From positions 2,224,702 to 2,288,701 of the forward strand of contig MU055753.1 of the NCBI GenBank assembly GCA_013239625.1: 64,000 nt of DNA, in the 5' to 3' direction. Shown in pieces: positions 49,260-62,326 of this stretch. The first letter of the stretch is position 1, and each line of letters starts with the position of its first letter. Under the pieces are notes generated by a model, which did no database searches, had not been told where the DNA came from, and saw only the letters and a list, made by a program, of their open reading frames with translations. The DNA comes from Lama guanicoe. Its lineage: Eukaryota. A program made the position numbers and the translations under genes.

Positions 49260-49365
49260 TCTCATCACATTTAATCCTCACAACACCCCTGTGAGGTAGG
49301 TATTATTGCCCCATCTTACAGATGAGGAAACTGAAACTCACACATGCCCAGGGGCACACAGTCAA
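49260..49365 (-). mobile_element. MIR SINE
   Basis: atttaatcctcacaacacccctgtgaggtaggtattattgccccatcttacagatgaggaaactga. Confidence 0.8.
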
Positions 49366-49475
49366 TAGGGGAGGTCTACAATCCCAATGCTGAGGTTCCC
49401 TTACTCAACCACACCCAACCCAGGGTGGTGAGAATTCTATAACAGTAGCAAAAAGATAGCTCCTGCAGGGACATC

Positions 49476-49477
<2 letters not shown>

Positions 49478-49509
<32 letters not shown>

Positions 49510-49538
49510 TGCACGCACGCACGCATGCACGCACGCAC
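49478..49538. repeat. Compound (CA)n(CACG/CATG)n microsatellite
   Basis: Read directly from the sequence. Confidence 0.9.
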
Positions 49539-50723
49539 CCAGAAAAGCCTCACTGAATCAGCATCTCCATGTCCCTGTAGTTTTGGTTCAAGAGCATTTG
49601 GGGGACACTCCTGGCCAAGTGGTTCTTTCCGATGTTGGAGAGGAAACAAAAGCTATCAGCAGCGTGAGCCTGTCAGTGGTCAACCCGACTGGGGAGAGGC
49701 CAGGGTCAGTCTTCGTCAGAGTCTCTGCTGTCATTATTCTGGGGAACCCACAGCAGATACACCCTCACCTGGCAAGCAGGGACAGGTCCTCTGAATCTCC
49801 TTCTCCTGCATCTTGGTCACTTCAGGTATTAAAATTGATGTATTTTTTTTCTGGCTAGCCTCTCTGGGAAAATTCTTTTTGCATAAAAAGTGTCACTGAG
49901 GGGTTTGGATCAAATTTTCTTTTTAGTTAAGCCTAAATAATGTTGAGGGTTTTTTTTTAATTAATACTTTCTATTTTTAATTTTCTTTTTGCTTAGAGGA
50001 ATGAAGAATGGAAATAAAGACAGGAAAAGAAATGACCCAGAAATTCACTGCAAAGAGAGATGTTCATACAGACACTATCTGTTGGGGACACAGACAAATC
50101 ATCACAGGAGAAGGGACAGATTTCTAAAATGAGCTGAGAATATGAGAAGGAGGGAGCCTGTGACCAAGACATCAAGGCCCTGGCCAGCAAAAGTCAAGGC
50201 CCCTGCTCCTGGTAGTCACACACAGTCCACAACAACGCAGGGATGGTGGTGGGCTCAGAGCTGCTGGCTCCCCCTGGACAGCAAATCAGACAGATGCAGG
50301 GAGGGGGAAGCTGTGCCAGGATACCTGGGTCACACATGTTCTCAACTGTGAAAGCTGTCACCTACTGGAGTGAGGCTCAGTGGGGCTGAGAAGATCAGGA
50401 TATATGCTTAAGCTTTCCAGGGAAAGTAGGACAGACATAGGAGGAGACAGAGAAATAGGTGTCACGCAGTGTGGTATGATTGCTTTGAGGCTAAACTTTC
50501 CAAAGAGAAGGATCTGAGTTTTTGTTGTGATTTAGACATCTTGATGGCTCCCAGTGGGCTTCCCTGGAGAAAGAAACTTACCGCCCCAAGTTCTCCTCTC
50601 TGATCCCCATGCGATGGCTACCAGGAGGTCTACAGGGATCCGTCTCCAGTGTCCCCTCCCCTCACTAGTGCAACAGCAGCCCTCCCTCAGCAAACATTCA
50701 CTGCAGCAAGTGCTCTGGCACAC

Positions 50724-51199
50724 TCACAGGTTCAAAAAGCCTAAGTTCATGTCCTCCTCCTCCTCACTGTGGGTGGATAGGTTTTTCCTCTTCACCTGCT
50801 GTTGGGGAACACTGCTCTCCGGGGGGCTCGGGGAACGACACTGTAAACATGACTTCCTGGCGTGATGGTGGCAAGGCTGTGTGTTCAAGTTGCTGCCGGG
50901 GGACAGCACTGAGGTAGATCGGGGAGGGTCCCCCAAGACATCCATGGAGTTTGTGGGACTTGTGCTGCTGACAGAGGAGTACCCTGAGGTTGTGATGTCC
51001 TTGCCTGGCCCCCTCCTGCTGCAGAGAGGGGGCTCAAGCCCTGGGGTCTGAGGTGTCTGGGTGCCTGGTGCCAACGTGTGCAGGTCCTGGCACCCCTCCT
51101 CCTCTGGGCAGGCCTCCTCATCGCTCGATTCCTGGCAGCAGTGCTGTTCTGGGTTCAGGTAGACCACGGTGACATCAAGGACACCGCTGGGAGCCGTTA
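50724..51199 (-). CDS. CCNF: Cyclin F exon 17 (PEST region and stop)
   Basis: VTAPSGVLDVTVVYLNPEQHCCQESSDEE...TSGYSSV...EEDMNLGFLNL*; 476 nt. Confidence 0.96.
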
Positions 51200-51863
51200 C
51201 TGTGGGAGACGTTGGGGGAGAGGTCGTCAGGTCAGAGCCTGAGCATCGGGGTGGACCCCCCTGCCGCCCCAGTCAGGATCCAGGGCAGCCCAGGGTCCAA
51301 CTCATGGTCACATATCTTGAACTTCGCTGGACAGTCCCCTTTCTTTCGGGTAAGAAATTGAGGGGGAAGGGCCTCCTTCATGCTTGGGGTATCACCCCAT
51401 GTGACTTGGGGGACAGAAGGAAGTGACAACTGGCCATCTAATCATTTACTTAATCACAAAAGGAATTGGAAAATCAACAGAAACTGCTTGAACTGGGCTT
51501 CCTGTTCAGATGGCTGACTAAGAACATGGGGATACAGCCTCCCGCAGTTGCCCTGGAGGGTACATGAGGCACAGAGCCCAACAGGGTAGTGGCAAGGCAC
51601 ATCTTGTACAATGTTCTACAAAGATCTTGTGAACTCCAGTCAGGATCTCTTCTTCTTCCCTGCCCTGGTGAGGTCCTTCCATCAACACAGGTCCAGTGAG
51701 AGATGGAGAGAGGTTGGGCCTACGTCCCCTCCTCCCCAAGGGTAGTGTTCTGGGGGCTCTGCCTGGACATATTCTCCTGCAGGTAAGGCAGCGGGGAGGG
51801 GGCCCCTCTGCACAAGCTGGCCCCTCGCACGACCCCTGGTGGTTCTCCATCCCCAGCACTCAC

Positions 51864-52033
51864 CATCGCCTTCCTTCTCGCCCTCACTCTCCTGGTCGCC
51901 CTCGTAGCCGGAGCAGTAGTCCAGGCTCCAGTCCAGGAAGCTGCCCAGCAACGTCTCTTCCTGGCTCGACAGCTCTGCAGTAGGAGTGGTGACAAAGCTG
52001 CCCCTGTCCTCCTGGAGGCTGTTCTCCCGTTTC
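51864..52033 (-). CDS. CCNF: Cyclin F exon 16
   Basis: KRENSLQEDRGSFVTTPTAELSSQEE...DQESEGEKEGD; 170 nt. Confidence 0.96.
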
Positions 52034-52730
52034 CTGTAGGGCGGAAGAGCCAGGAACCTGTCATAGGCAGCCGTGTTGGGAGGCCCAGGCTGACTCCTGG
52101 CACCTGCCCACCCTGCCCCCACGTGTTGTGAGCAAGGGTGACACGGCCCTCAGAAGCTCATGGCACAGATTGGCAGAGGCAGGTCCAGGAGCACAGTGAG
52201 GGTCCTGCTCATCTGGACTTTGTAGGATCAATAGGAGTTCTTCAGGTGGGGAGGGGACGTTATTCCAGGCAGTAGATCCAGGACAATGAGAGGACAGACA
52301 GGTTAAATGGAATACATACGGGAGACGAGGGAACAAGAAAGTACTGAGAACCTTAGTCAGGGTACCTCTGGAGTGACGGCAGCACGGTGGGCAGAAGGGC
52401 CCAGGGCGGCTCGTGCCTGGCATGTGGCAGGGCCAGAGCCTGAGTGGGCCCAGTCTGGGCTCAAGACTGTCTTCCCTCAAAGGGAATCAGGTTAAGGCAG
52501 GAGAGCCAGGCTGGAGAAAGCAGATGGGATTGCAGACAGGGGATTAGGCCCAGGGGCCTGAGGTCAACCCTGGCTTCAGTTTTCTCAGCATCTGCTCTTC
52601 TCCATGCTTTGCCTAAGGAGCCCCGTGTAAAGGGAGCCCCTCAGATGGCTGCGGGGTCACCAGGGAACCCAGGCCTGGCACAGAGGAGCTAACGCTGCAT
52701 CTCGCCATTATGGACCTGGGGCTTACTAAC

Positions 52731-52858
52731 CGCTTGGTTCTCCTTCCGGAGGGAGAGCTGAGGAAAGTGTGAATTTCCCCCGCGCTGAGGAAAGATGCAG
52801 GTTCCGGGCTCTCCTGTTTCACTCCAAGAGCTGCACACAACTGGCTGTAGCTCAGCAC
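52731..52858 (-). CDS. CCNF: Cyclin F exon 15
   Basis: VLSYSQLCAALGV...FLSSPSGRRTK; 128 nt. Confidence 0.95.
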
Positions 52859-52958
52859 CTGAGAGGAAGCTGTGGTCAGAGGGAGGGAAGAGGCCCCGAG
52901 GGGCAGGCGGGCACCCCTGCCCCCCGCCCCAGCACCCCATCAGCAGCCTGAGTGGCAC

Positions 52959-53058
52959 CTCTTCCTGGCTGATCTCTCCGTAGCGCTTGTCCTCGAATCG
53001 CTGCTTCACGGCAGTAAGAGAGACTTGCCTGTAGTCCTTGGGGACATCATCGTGGAAG
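52959..53058 (-). CDS. CCNF: Cyclin F exon 14
   Basis: FHDDVPKDYRQVSLTAVKQRFEDKRYGEISQEE; 100 nt. Confidence 0.95.
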
Positions 53059-53199
53059 CTGCCAACAGAGGGACATGTGAGTGGCAGTGGGTGGCAGGCA
53101 GCACCAGCATGTCCACTCCAAGAGGCTCATTTTTTGCTTCCACTCACTGAAGTGAGAGAGGACAAGACATTTTGAAAAACAGCCCAGCACTGGGAGTAA

Positions 53200-53782
53200 A
53201 ATCCAGCATTGCTGTGGTCGATGGTCTGGCAGTACCTCAGTTAAAAGCAGTCACCATGACCCAGCACTCCCACTCCCAGGTGCACCCCCTAGAGAAATGT
53301 GAATGGAAGTCCACATGGAAACCAGACAGAAATGTTCACTGCAGCATCATTCCCAACAGCCAGAAGGTGGAAAAAAACCCACACGTCCATCAATGCAGGA
53401 ACAAATAAACAAAATGCGGTCCCTCCATCCAGTGGACAGTTAGTGCAGATGAGAACATTATGTAGGTAAAAGAGGCCAGTCACAAAAGGCCACGTATTGC
53501 ATGATTCCATTTCTACAAAATGTCCAGAACAGGCAAACCACAGAGCTAGGAAGTAGTAAGTGTTTGCTGGGGTGGTTGGAGGGGAAATAGGGAGGTGATA
53601 GGTAAGGAGTGTGGGGTTTGTTTTGAGAGTGGAGGGAAGTGTTCTAAAACTGATGGTGGTGATGGCTGCACAACTCAATATACTAAGAGCCTGTTGAATT
53701 GTACACTTAAAAGTTTTTGTTTATAAATAAATACTTGTTTCCAATTTATCTGATCTTGAAAAAAAAAAAAAAAAGAAAGAAA
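53200..53782 (+). mobile_element. L1MB-like 3' end with A tail
   Basis: atgacccagcactcccactcccagg...gtattgcatgattccatt...gttctaaaactgatggtggtgatggctgcacaact...polyA at 53759. Confidence 0.75.
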
Positions 53783-54934
53783 ACTTCCAGGGGCAGGGAG
53801 GCAGCCAATCAAGAGCTCTTGGTAGCCAGCGTCAGGTAACAGCTATCTGCACTCGTCTAAGCAAACTTGGGGTCAGACACATGCTGACCTGCTGATGTCA
53901 CCCATGCACCCCATCACTCTGCTATGAGATCTGGGCACTGCAGGATAAACAGTGTGCATGCCACCCCGGTAAATGCTGACAGGCTCCCTGGGTGAGCAAG
54001 GAAGGGGAGAAATGGCAAATGGGTCAGAAGGGGCCAGTCAGAGGAACCTTCAACCTAGTGCCGGAGTTCTGACATCCCAGAAGGTGTTAGCACAAGTGAC
54101 TACTCAGAGGCTGCCTCGTGGTAATCGAGGAGGCGGCTGGGGGAGTGATGGTGGGCAGGCAGCAGCAGCCGAGGGGAGCAGGTCACGAGATGTGTGAAGG
54201 TGCACTGGCCCTGAGAACCGCTGGGACGCAGGGACAGAGAAGTGGGCTGGCATGAGGTCTCTGCTAGGATGAACAGGCCTTGTCCACCAAGCGCCCAGTG
54301 AAATCTACAAGGAATGGCTGGGGGAAGCTAGCGAGCCCGGCTTGGAGGAAAAGCTGTCAGCGGGGTCTGCGGCTTAGGACAGAGGCTAGCATTTAGATGG
54401 GTTTCGAATCCCCAAAGTCTCCCAGGGAACATCTGAGGACAGGCAGAAAACCAGAATTACCCAGTCCCTTGTGTGGGGGGAAGGGACACCGAGGCAATGA
54501 GCCTGGCAGAGAAAGGAGTGCAGGAGGGACTGAAGAGTGGGAGGAGCGAGTCTACAAGCCAAGCTGAGTTGGGAAGAGAGGAGAGGCCCCAGCGTGAAGC
54601 ACACTCAGTCTACGTGTGCCTGGGGCCGCAGTATTCCGACCCCAGACCTGTACGACAACTTTTCCTACACCAAAATTACTCCCTGTGGACTTAGGTTTGG
54701 GTTGGGAGGAGGTGCTGCACACACATCAAGTGTTAAAAACGTGTGAAATAAGCAACATGGCCCTGGAATTTCTAAATGTCAACCCTGAAACACGCAGCTC
54801 AGTGGGGAAGGTCGGTGTGACTTGACAGCCTTCACGGGAAAGCGAATTCCCCCTTTCACTTGTGGTACTTGGGAACACACCCCTGTGTGTGTTGTGTGTG
54901 GCAGGTGGGAGGACTCACTTCCTTATAGACTCAC

Positions 54935-55022
54935 CACTTCTGATGAAGGCTTAGGACACAGGGTATGAGGTCTTCACAGGAGAACCCAGTGAGGTCCCAC
55001 AGCCGAGTGGTCCAGGGCTGGG
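54935..55022 (-). CDS. CCNF: Cyclin F exon 13
   Basis: TQPWTTRLWDLTGFSCEDLIPCVLSLHQK; 88 nt. Confidence 0.95.
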
Positions 55023-55368
55023 CTGGGGAGGAAAGCAGGAATAGTGGGGCCATTCTGATGCCCACTCATGCCCGACAGCTCTGATGGTTCTGTTATGGGG
55101 TTTCCTAGGGCTCAGCATTGAAAGTACCCCATAGACAAAGCATGCATGCTCTCTGTCCACAGGGTGGGAAATACACTAGAACTGTATCTAATCTCACCCC
55201 CAGACAATGGCTTTTGTTCCATTCTGGTGTCCCCTTCTCAGGGAGAGATGAACACGTTTCTTTCTCTCTCCATCCCCCCTTGAATCTCAGCACTGTCTCC
55301 TGACTCCAGGAATCCCCCCCGACCACTGGCTCAGCCCATGGGGCTGGCAGAAAGTATCAGCTCCTTAC

Positions 55369-55549
55369 TCTGCCCATGTGTCAGCCTTGCTAGGAGCAGG
55401 GCAGCTGCAGCCAGGTGGGCTGGGGCATAGGCGGCCAGGCTGGTGTGCAGCAGGGAGAGCTCACAGAGGAAGCTGCACAGGTGCTGGGTTCTTGCTGCCA
55501 TGGGGACCAGTGTCAGCAGGACATCCTTGTAATCGACCACGGTGGGGAC
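55369..55549 (-). CDS. CCNF: Cyclin F exon 12 (cyclin C-terminal fold)
   Basis: VPTVVDYKDVLLTLVP...LCELSLLHTSL...LTHGQ; 181 nt. Confidence 0.96.
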
Positions 55550-55800
55550 CTAGATGGAACAAAATGGACATGGGGTCTCAGCACACGGAGGGCTCATTCC
55601 CCTATTCAGTGGGAAGGCTGATCTTCAGAAACCCCACCCTTTGGCACGTTCAGGCTGAACACCAGGGCGTGCAGTGATGAGAAGTCCAGGAGGACTTCCC
55701 AGAGCAGGAGAGCTCAGTGCCCAGGTGGATGCCTTCTGCTCTTCCTGGCCCCACGAGACCTCAACTTGGATTCAGAAAGAAAAAGGAAACGGCCACTTAC

Positions 55801-55924
55801 TCGAATCTTCCCTTCCAGGGCGGAGATGATTTCCCCCATCATCCTCACCAGGTCCTCGTATTTGTACGTGTTGTCTGTGAGCCACACGGCCTCTCGGATG
55901 GTCAGGATCTCCTTGCTGATGAAC
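55801..55924 (-). CDS. CCNF: Cyclin F exon 11
   Basis: FISKEILTIREAVWLTDNTYKYEDLVRMMGEIISALEGKIR; 124 nt. Confidence 0.96.
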
Positions 55925-57734
55925 CTAGTGTTGAGAGGGGGTCTGAGCACTCAGCCCACTCCCCTCAGTGGGGCAATCACTTTAGGCTTCAGTGACAGGT
56001 GTGGGGAGTGCAAAGAGTGGACCTAGCTGCCCCTAGTCACTGAAGGGAACTGAAAAGGTCACAGGAGCCTGTCATGGGGGCCGGAAGGGAAGAGGGATTA
56101 GCACACAGGCCAGCAGCAGTGGGAGTGGCTGGACCGCTAGGCACGCAGATGCTTCTGCAAAATGCACCCTCAATGCTGAGACGGGTCAATCCTCTTAACG
56201 ACCTAGGGATGAGGTTTTGCCCTGCTTGTGCCCGCTTCTATGGAATGGGTGTAAACAGCTTAAATCCAGAAGGCAGGTGAGCCAGCAGAACCCGAGCTAG
56301 AGGTTGTTGGAAGGTCTGGTCACAGGAATGTGACTGTCCTTAGGCAGCTGGCCACCCTGTTCTCCACTCCCCACCAGTGCTAACTGTCAGGGAACATGCT
56401 GGGCCAGCAGCCTGCTAAGGGCACCTCCCCAGGCAAGGTGGACCAGGGCCAAGCCCTCAGCCACTTTGCTTCAGGGACTCAGCAGCAACCCCGTTTGCTG
56501 TGGGCACAGCCAAGAGAGAGGATAGGAAGTGTGAGGACTGCAGGTGCTAAGAGAATATTATGCGAGTGGGACAGACAAGAGCCCTGTGCTTGGAGCTGCT
56601 TTGAGAGTGGAGGCAGGGGCATCTCAGCCTCTACAAATCTTTTTAAGCAATTATTATCCCACTGCTGGCCAGTCTGTGGTCCAGTATCTTGGTCTCTTAT
56701 TGCAAGGACAGAATTATGCAGTTTAGATCCAGGGAGGCTGGGGAGCCATCTGTTCAGCCCTCTCTGGTGACACGACCTGGAACACTGGGTTCAAAGAGCA
56801 CAAGTGAGAGGTGTCGTACAGCATGTGGCAGTCTGAGTACTGACCCCAAGCCCACGAGCCCTCTGCCTGTGGACGTGGGACCCTGCCTCCACACCCACCC
56901 AGACACCACTCTTCCCAGTTCCCGTCATGGCCACAAGACTGAGCTCATAGCAAAGTTGGACATGGTGGCCTCAGGGGCCACGGGGGGTAGCAGAAAGCAA
57001 GACAGGAACTGGGGCTCCTTCATGACCTCACGGAACAGAAAAACCAATGACATAAGCCTGAACCCTCTGCCTCTGGGTTAGTGTACAAAAGAGAAATCTA
57101 TCTCTTTGTAGTTGACACCACTGTGTACAGTGAGCCCTACAGACAAGGATGGTTGGTCTGGAAAGCACTGCCCAGGGGGGATGGCAGACCGTGCAGGAGA
57201 TGTCTGGTTTAGAAAAACAAGAAAATGCAAAATGTATAGTGGGAATTGCCATTCACATTGCTTCCAACGGCAAAACTGAGTGAGGAGGTACTAAAGGAAG
57301 GTAGATTTAGGTAAAACTTAATATGGTCTGATTTGAAAAGTCATTGCTATATAGGTGCAGGCTGCCTCTTGTGGTTGGAGTGGGCTCTGTGGGGAGTTGT
57401 GGTGAACACATGAGACCCACTAAATGCAGGTCTCTGGACACGGAGTTGAGAACTCAACCAGTGGGGGCAGCCTACTATGACCCTCCTTCATCGCAGTGTT
57501 GCCCTCAGGAGCCACAGGGAGCGGGGTCCAGCCTAAGCCTGCCCGAGTGAGGCCGAATTCTGGGTCCTGAGACTGCATGCTGGGGTGCTCTGCCACCCCT
57601 GTGTGAGAAGGACCACTTGGCAGGGCACCCCCTAAAACTAAAATCCCCCAAAACGAGGTGCGGTGCTGAAGGCTTATTTCACTGAAAAGCCAGCCTATGA
57701 ACTGGACACAGCCTGGCTGCATGAGGCTCCTCAC

Positions 57735-57899
57735 CGGGTGCAGATGACCATGCAGGCGATGCCCAGCAGCTGGAGCCTGTACCGGGGCACCAGCCGCCTC
57801 CGCAGGTACCGGTCCACGCACTCCACGGTCAGGTGAAGGCACAGGCTCGTGAAGTCCTTCATGGTGGCGACTTCTACCAGCCAGTCAATCAGGATGTAC
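57735..57899 (-). CDS. CCNF: Cyclin F exon 10 (cyclin box)
   Basis: YILIDWLVEVATMKDFTSLCLHLTVECVDRYL...LQLLGIACMVICT; 165 nt. Confidence 0.97.
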
Positions 57900-58369
57900 C
57901 TGTGGGAAGAGCACCACTCCTGAAAACCAGGGCAAGCATTCACGATGTCCCGTCTCCCATCCCTGTGCAGCCTGTCTGTCCTGAGCAGTGAGCAGGTCAC
58001 TTGAGACATCATCGGTGTCCCCAAGTATCCGTCTGAGGCTGAGACACCCTGTCCAAAGGGGCTGGGTGGCCCCACGACCCTGAACTTGGTTCCCGGGAGG
58101 CAGGTGGGCTACACACATGTGTGCTCTGCATCCCCAACCTCGGGGCCCCTAGGCTCTGGATGAGCCTGGACCATCAGGGGCAAAGTGGGTCCAGTCTGTA
58201 GGACTGGGGATTGGTCACAGGACAGGAGAAAAGCCCCTCAAAGTTTGCCTGCCTGCAAACATGTCTTCTCCTGGAGGAACAGCTCACCCGTGGACTCATT
58301 TATCACAAGCCTCTGCAGTGGAGCCAAGAGCCAGGAACACAGCTAGAGCAGGTTGCAGCGACCTGTGCT

Positions 58370-58915
58370 CTCAGTCACCTAGCAACCCCAAGGGAAGACT
58401 CGGGCTGACAGAGCCAGCAGACATGGGGTCCCTCCTCGAGGGGGTTAAACGCTGGGCCAGGACAGACGTCACAGGAGAACACAGCATGCAGTGGCACGGA
58501 TGCCGGAGTACAGTAAACGCCTTTTTCAACAAAGAAGATGGGATGGAGAGAATAGAAGCAAGAGGGAGAAGAAACTTGGTGCCACAGGACTCTGCGTGGA
58601 CAGGAGGGACGGCTCCAGGTGTCAGGCCAGACAGAAGCATCTTCCATGGACAGAAGAAAGGAGGGAGTAACGAGGCTGAGTAGGGGAGCCGGGGAGGGAA
58701 GGAGGTGAGAGGAAGGCAGCACCAGGCCAGATGTTTGAGGTTCACACCAGCCACAACTGGGACTAGCAGTGGACGCTCCCCAGTGCAGACACACTGGACA
58801 AGTGTGACATCAGACTCATAAAAACAGACCAACTGGACTGTACCCTTTGAAATGGTTAAATCTGACATTAACATAATGTTACATGTCAATTATAACGCAA
58901 TGGGAAAAAAAAAGG
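58370..58915 (+). mobile_element. Degenerate L1M 3' fragment with A tail
   Basis: cataaaacagaccaactggactgtaccctttgaaatggttaaa...tgttacatgtcaattata, then an A-run. Confidence 0.5.
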
Positions 58916-59856
58916 GGGAAGAAGTCGGCTGTTGCCTGACATAGAGGAAAATGGCAAGATGCTCAACTCAAGGTGAAATGATGCTACTTCAATAAAACTA
59001 TTTTAACTCTCGACAAGGAAAATAAAGGTTACATTTATGTTAACTCAGCCCCCCAACACACAGAAAAAGAATGGCAACAGTCCAACAAAAAAAAAAAAGA
59101 GAGAGAGAAAGGGCCAATTGAGAGGGCACGTTCCTTCCCAGAGAAAGGGGGACAGCTGAGGAGGAAGGGGCAAAGGGGGCCCAGGCACAGGACACAGAAG
59201 CACAGCCGCTTGGGGACACTGAGTGTAGGAGCGAAGGACACCGTGTCCCCTGCTGTGTGTAAGAGCTCCAGCCCCCCCAGGGAAGAGAGTGCACCACGTG
59301 CTGGGTGTTGTCTGCTGCAGCACAGCCCAAGCCTACCCATCGTGAACCTAAAATGCGTTTGAAATCTCTGGCATAGGCTTAAAAAAATTAGTCACATTTT
59401 TCCATTTTACCCTCTAACATGTTCTGTGATTGAGGGTAAAAGTGTTTCGCCAAACCTCGGAGGAAAATGGACCTGTGTGCAGGGTTTTGAGGCTGCAGCA
59501 GCTGCCTCCCCACCGCCCACCCCCGCCCCCTTGATGCCTGTAATGATAGGTGGCAAAGAAAGGGTGGTTTTTGGCATCATTTTAGAAAGATGTTTAAAAT
59601 GGTTTAGTGCATTCTGAGGCTTAAAAAGGAAAGCTGGAGAGCAGACACTGATGTGGGAGATTTTCTCTTCAAAGTCCCAGATAACTTAGGCATTACTGAT
59701 TTTTATTAGAAAACACACAGCCCTAGGGGTGATCCCAGTGGGGTTGATAATGCAGAGGGCCCTTTAATGGGAAGCTCAGCTGAAACAGGCCAGATCCCTC
59801 TTCCCAGAGACCAGCTGTCACTCTGCCTTCCCATCAGCTCTGGTGCGAGTCCTCAC

Positions 59857-60008
59857 CTCATTGTGTCATTGAGGCCCTTCTGCACGGAGAAGACTGTCTG
59901 CTTACTGACGGCGCAGGAGGCCTGGAACAGCTGGCAGACTATCTCATTGGAAGCTTTCGTTTCTAGTCCGAGCTGGTTTCCATTTGCACAGGCTTTGGCT
60001 AAAGACAG
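59857..60008 (-). CDS. CCNF: Cyclin F exon 9
   Basis: LSLAKACANGNQLGLE...FSVQKGLNDTM; 152 nt. Confidence 0.96.
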
Positions 60009-60374
60009 CTGGGGTTGGGGGTGGGGGGAGACACACGGAGTGAGAAGGAAGTAGGGGGCTTTGGAGGTTCCTGTTTCCGAATGCGAGGAGGGTTCTGCCT
60101 GCGTACACACTGGCCTACTTACACCTTCTAAGCCTCCTGGAACCGCGAGGGCCAAGAGTTTAATTACTCCTTTGGAAATCAGAAACATATCATGTGACAG
60201 AAAATTTGAAAAGGGACAGAAAGTGTGTGATGGAATGTCAGTCACCTTCCTGCCCCACACAGTTTCTCCAAAAAATTCAGTTCATTTCTGCTCAACCATG
60301 ATAGTGAAAGCTGTTGCTCCAGGGGGTGAGGAGCACATGGCAAAGTGGCCAAGAGCTGGCTGCAGGCTGGCATG

Positions 60375-60550
60375 ACCTGGCTTTCACAGCTGGGTCTGTG
60401 TGTGACCACAGGTGAATTGGGGGCTTTGAGGCACCTCAGTTTCCCTTTTCACAAGATGGTTTAACAGCACCTCTTGAACAGATGACGTGTTAACTGAGAT
60501 GTGCAGCACCCAGCTCAGGACCCGCCCTAGACCCATTAAGCCCTCAACAG
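60375..60550 (+). mobile_element. MIR SINE fragment
   Basis: tgtgtgaccacaggtga...cctcagtttccctt. Confidence 0.5.
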
Positions 60551-61834
60551 TTACTACTGACCACCCCTAAGTATTTCCTTCCAGAATTTTCTATGCACTT
60601 GAAGCAGCGGGTACGTGCATTTGTGATCACAAAACACACATGTGTTAGGTTTTCTTTTCTGCCTAATAGTCACATGGTTCCTCATGACAGGAGACTTCTG
60701 TACGCGTCTGCCCTGTTCTTCCTTTGAGGGGTTTCGAGGTTCACCTTTGTGCAGTCCGGTGCACCTTCTGTGCACGTGGTCAACCCACAGGCGCCACTTG
60801 GACCCAGATGCTTCCTGAAAGGCCTGTGCTGATTTTCACACCCACTAATAGGAACACTGTTTACTCACTAATAGGAATACTGTTTTATCACATCTTTGCT
60901 GGCAGAATCTGCCATCGTTAAAGATGTGTATTTTCAGAAGTTACTAGCTATCCACTCAAAAACACAGAGAATATCTATGTATGAGTTGCTAACAAGATCA
61001 GCCTCAATCTCTTTAAACGTGCACCCTTTCGACCAGCAGGGAGGTCAAACCTGCCCTGTATTTTGACTGCTTGTTTTACTTCCTCTTTTCTGAGCATACT
61101 GAGGCCCTCTGAACTTCCGTGGGGTCTTACTATTCTTACTGATTAGTCTGAGCTTGAACTAGAACCACACTATTCATTGCTATATTTCCTGTAAATGTGC
61201 TGAGCGCCTTCTTAGACATGATCACTACAACATCCTGTGATGAGTCAGGCTGGCCCAGCCCCTTTGTGACGCCTTCCCTAGTTTTTGAGGGCAGATGTCC
61301 CTCAACTACCCACTTGGTAGGGTGACAGGAGCGAGCTTCTATCAGCTCGGTATAGGGGGACTTCCTTTGATATGTCCTGAAACAGTGACTTCTTTGCAGC
61401 TACACAGGGAGTGTCTGGAGATCACCAACTACAAATCCCTGATGTCCTGGTTCCAACACTGGCCAACCCAGTGAGGTCAGATAATGCATTCCACACACCC
61501 GTCTGCTCCAAGGAGCCTCAAGTTCTGTTTCCAAGATGCTTCACCTACAGGACTTGAGGGAGCAGTATAAATTTTGATATTAGATGCAGTCCACAGCACT
61601 TAAAAATGAGAGGCTGGCTGGCTTACGGGCAATGGGCACTGAGGCTGGAGATGGGCAGAGATGAAGAAAGCACTTTGGGGCTCTCCTCCCTGCACACCTC
61701 AGAGCTAAACTCCTTTAAGACTCAGTTCTAAGCCCTGGGCCACTCTCACTGCCTCCTGAGTGGGAACCCAGCAGCCTTGCCCCCGTGGTCCCCACAAGAG
61801 GAGGTCTAAAAACAAAGGGTAGCTCTCAGCTCAC

Positions 61835-61912
61835 CTGCGCTTCCCAGCAACCTTTGGCAGCAAAGTCCCTGAGTTTCCGGAAGCTGTGGAGGCATCGTCC
61901 GGGATCTGACAT
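61835..61912 (-). CDS. CCNF: Cyclin F exon 8
   Basis: MSDPGRCLHSFRKLRDFAAKGCWEAQ; 78 nt. Confidence 0.95.
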
Positions 61913-62221
61913 CTGTCAACAGGAGAGTCACCATGCCCTTACATGGTTGTGTCTCTGGAGAATCTCAGAACCAACCTGTGGGGTTCTTAAATGTTCCCCC
62001 GACACTTCCAAAGGGTCCTGAGCTGTGCTTTCTTCCCAGCCCTTTATCCCCCAAATGGTGGTGGTCGTTTTGGGGAGCAGCGCTGAGAACAGCCTGATGA
62101 CCAGCAGCTCCCGGGGCCCCAGAGAACCATCTGTGTTGACAGAATCTTGTCCAAGAGTCAGTGTGGAGACTGTGCTTCTGGCCCACATAATGCACCCTCT
62201 CCCAGATCTGGGTTCACTCAC

Positions 62222-62326
62222 GTCCGTCTTTCTGTCACTTTCCCAGAGGAGGTACGAGCTGGTCAAACACCCCTGATTGGCCGACTCTTCAAACAGGTCC
62301 CGGGCCTGCTTCTGTTTCTCTTCATC
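62222..62326 (-). CDS. CCNF: Cyclin F exon 7
   Basis: DEEKQKQARDLFEESANQGCLTSSYLLWESDRKTD; 105 nt. Confidence 0.95.

Noticed and set aside
48300-50723. CCNF polyA site
   Set aside because: Only ATTAAA/AGTAAA variants seen (about 49956-49981, 49270 in a MIR, 48348); I could not choose one with confidence
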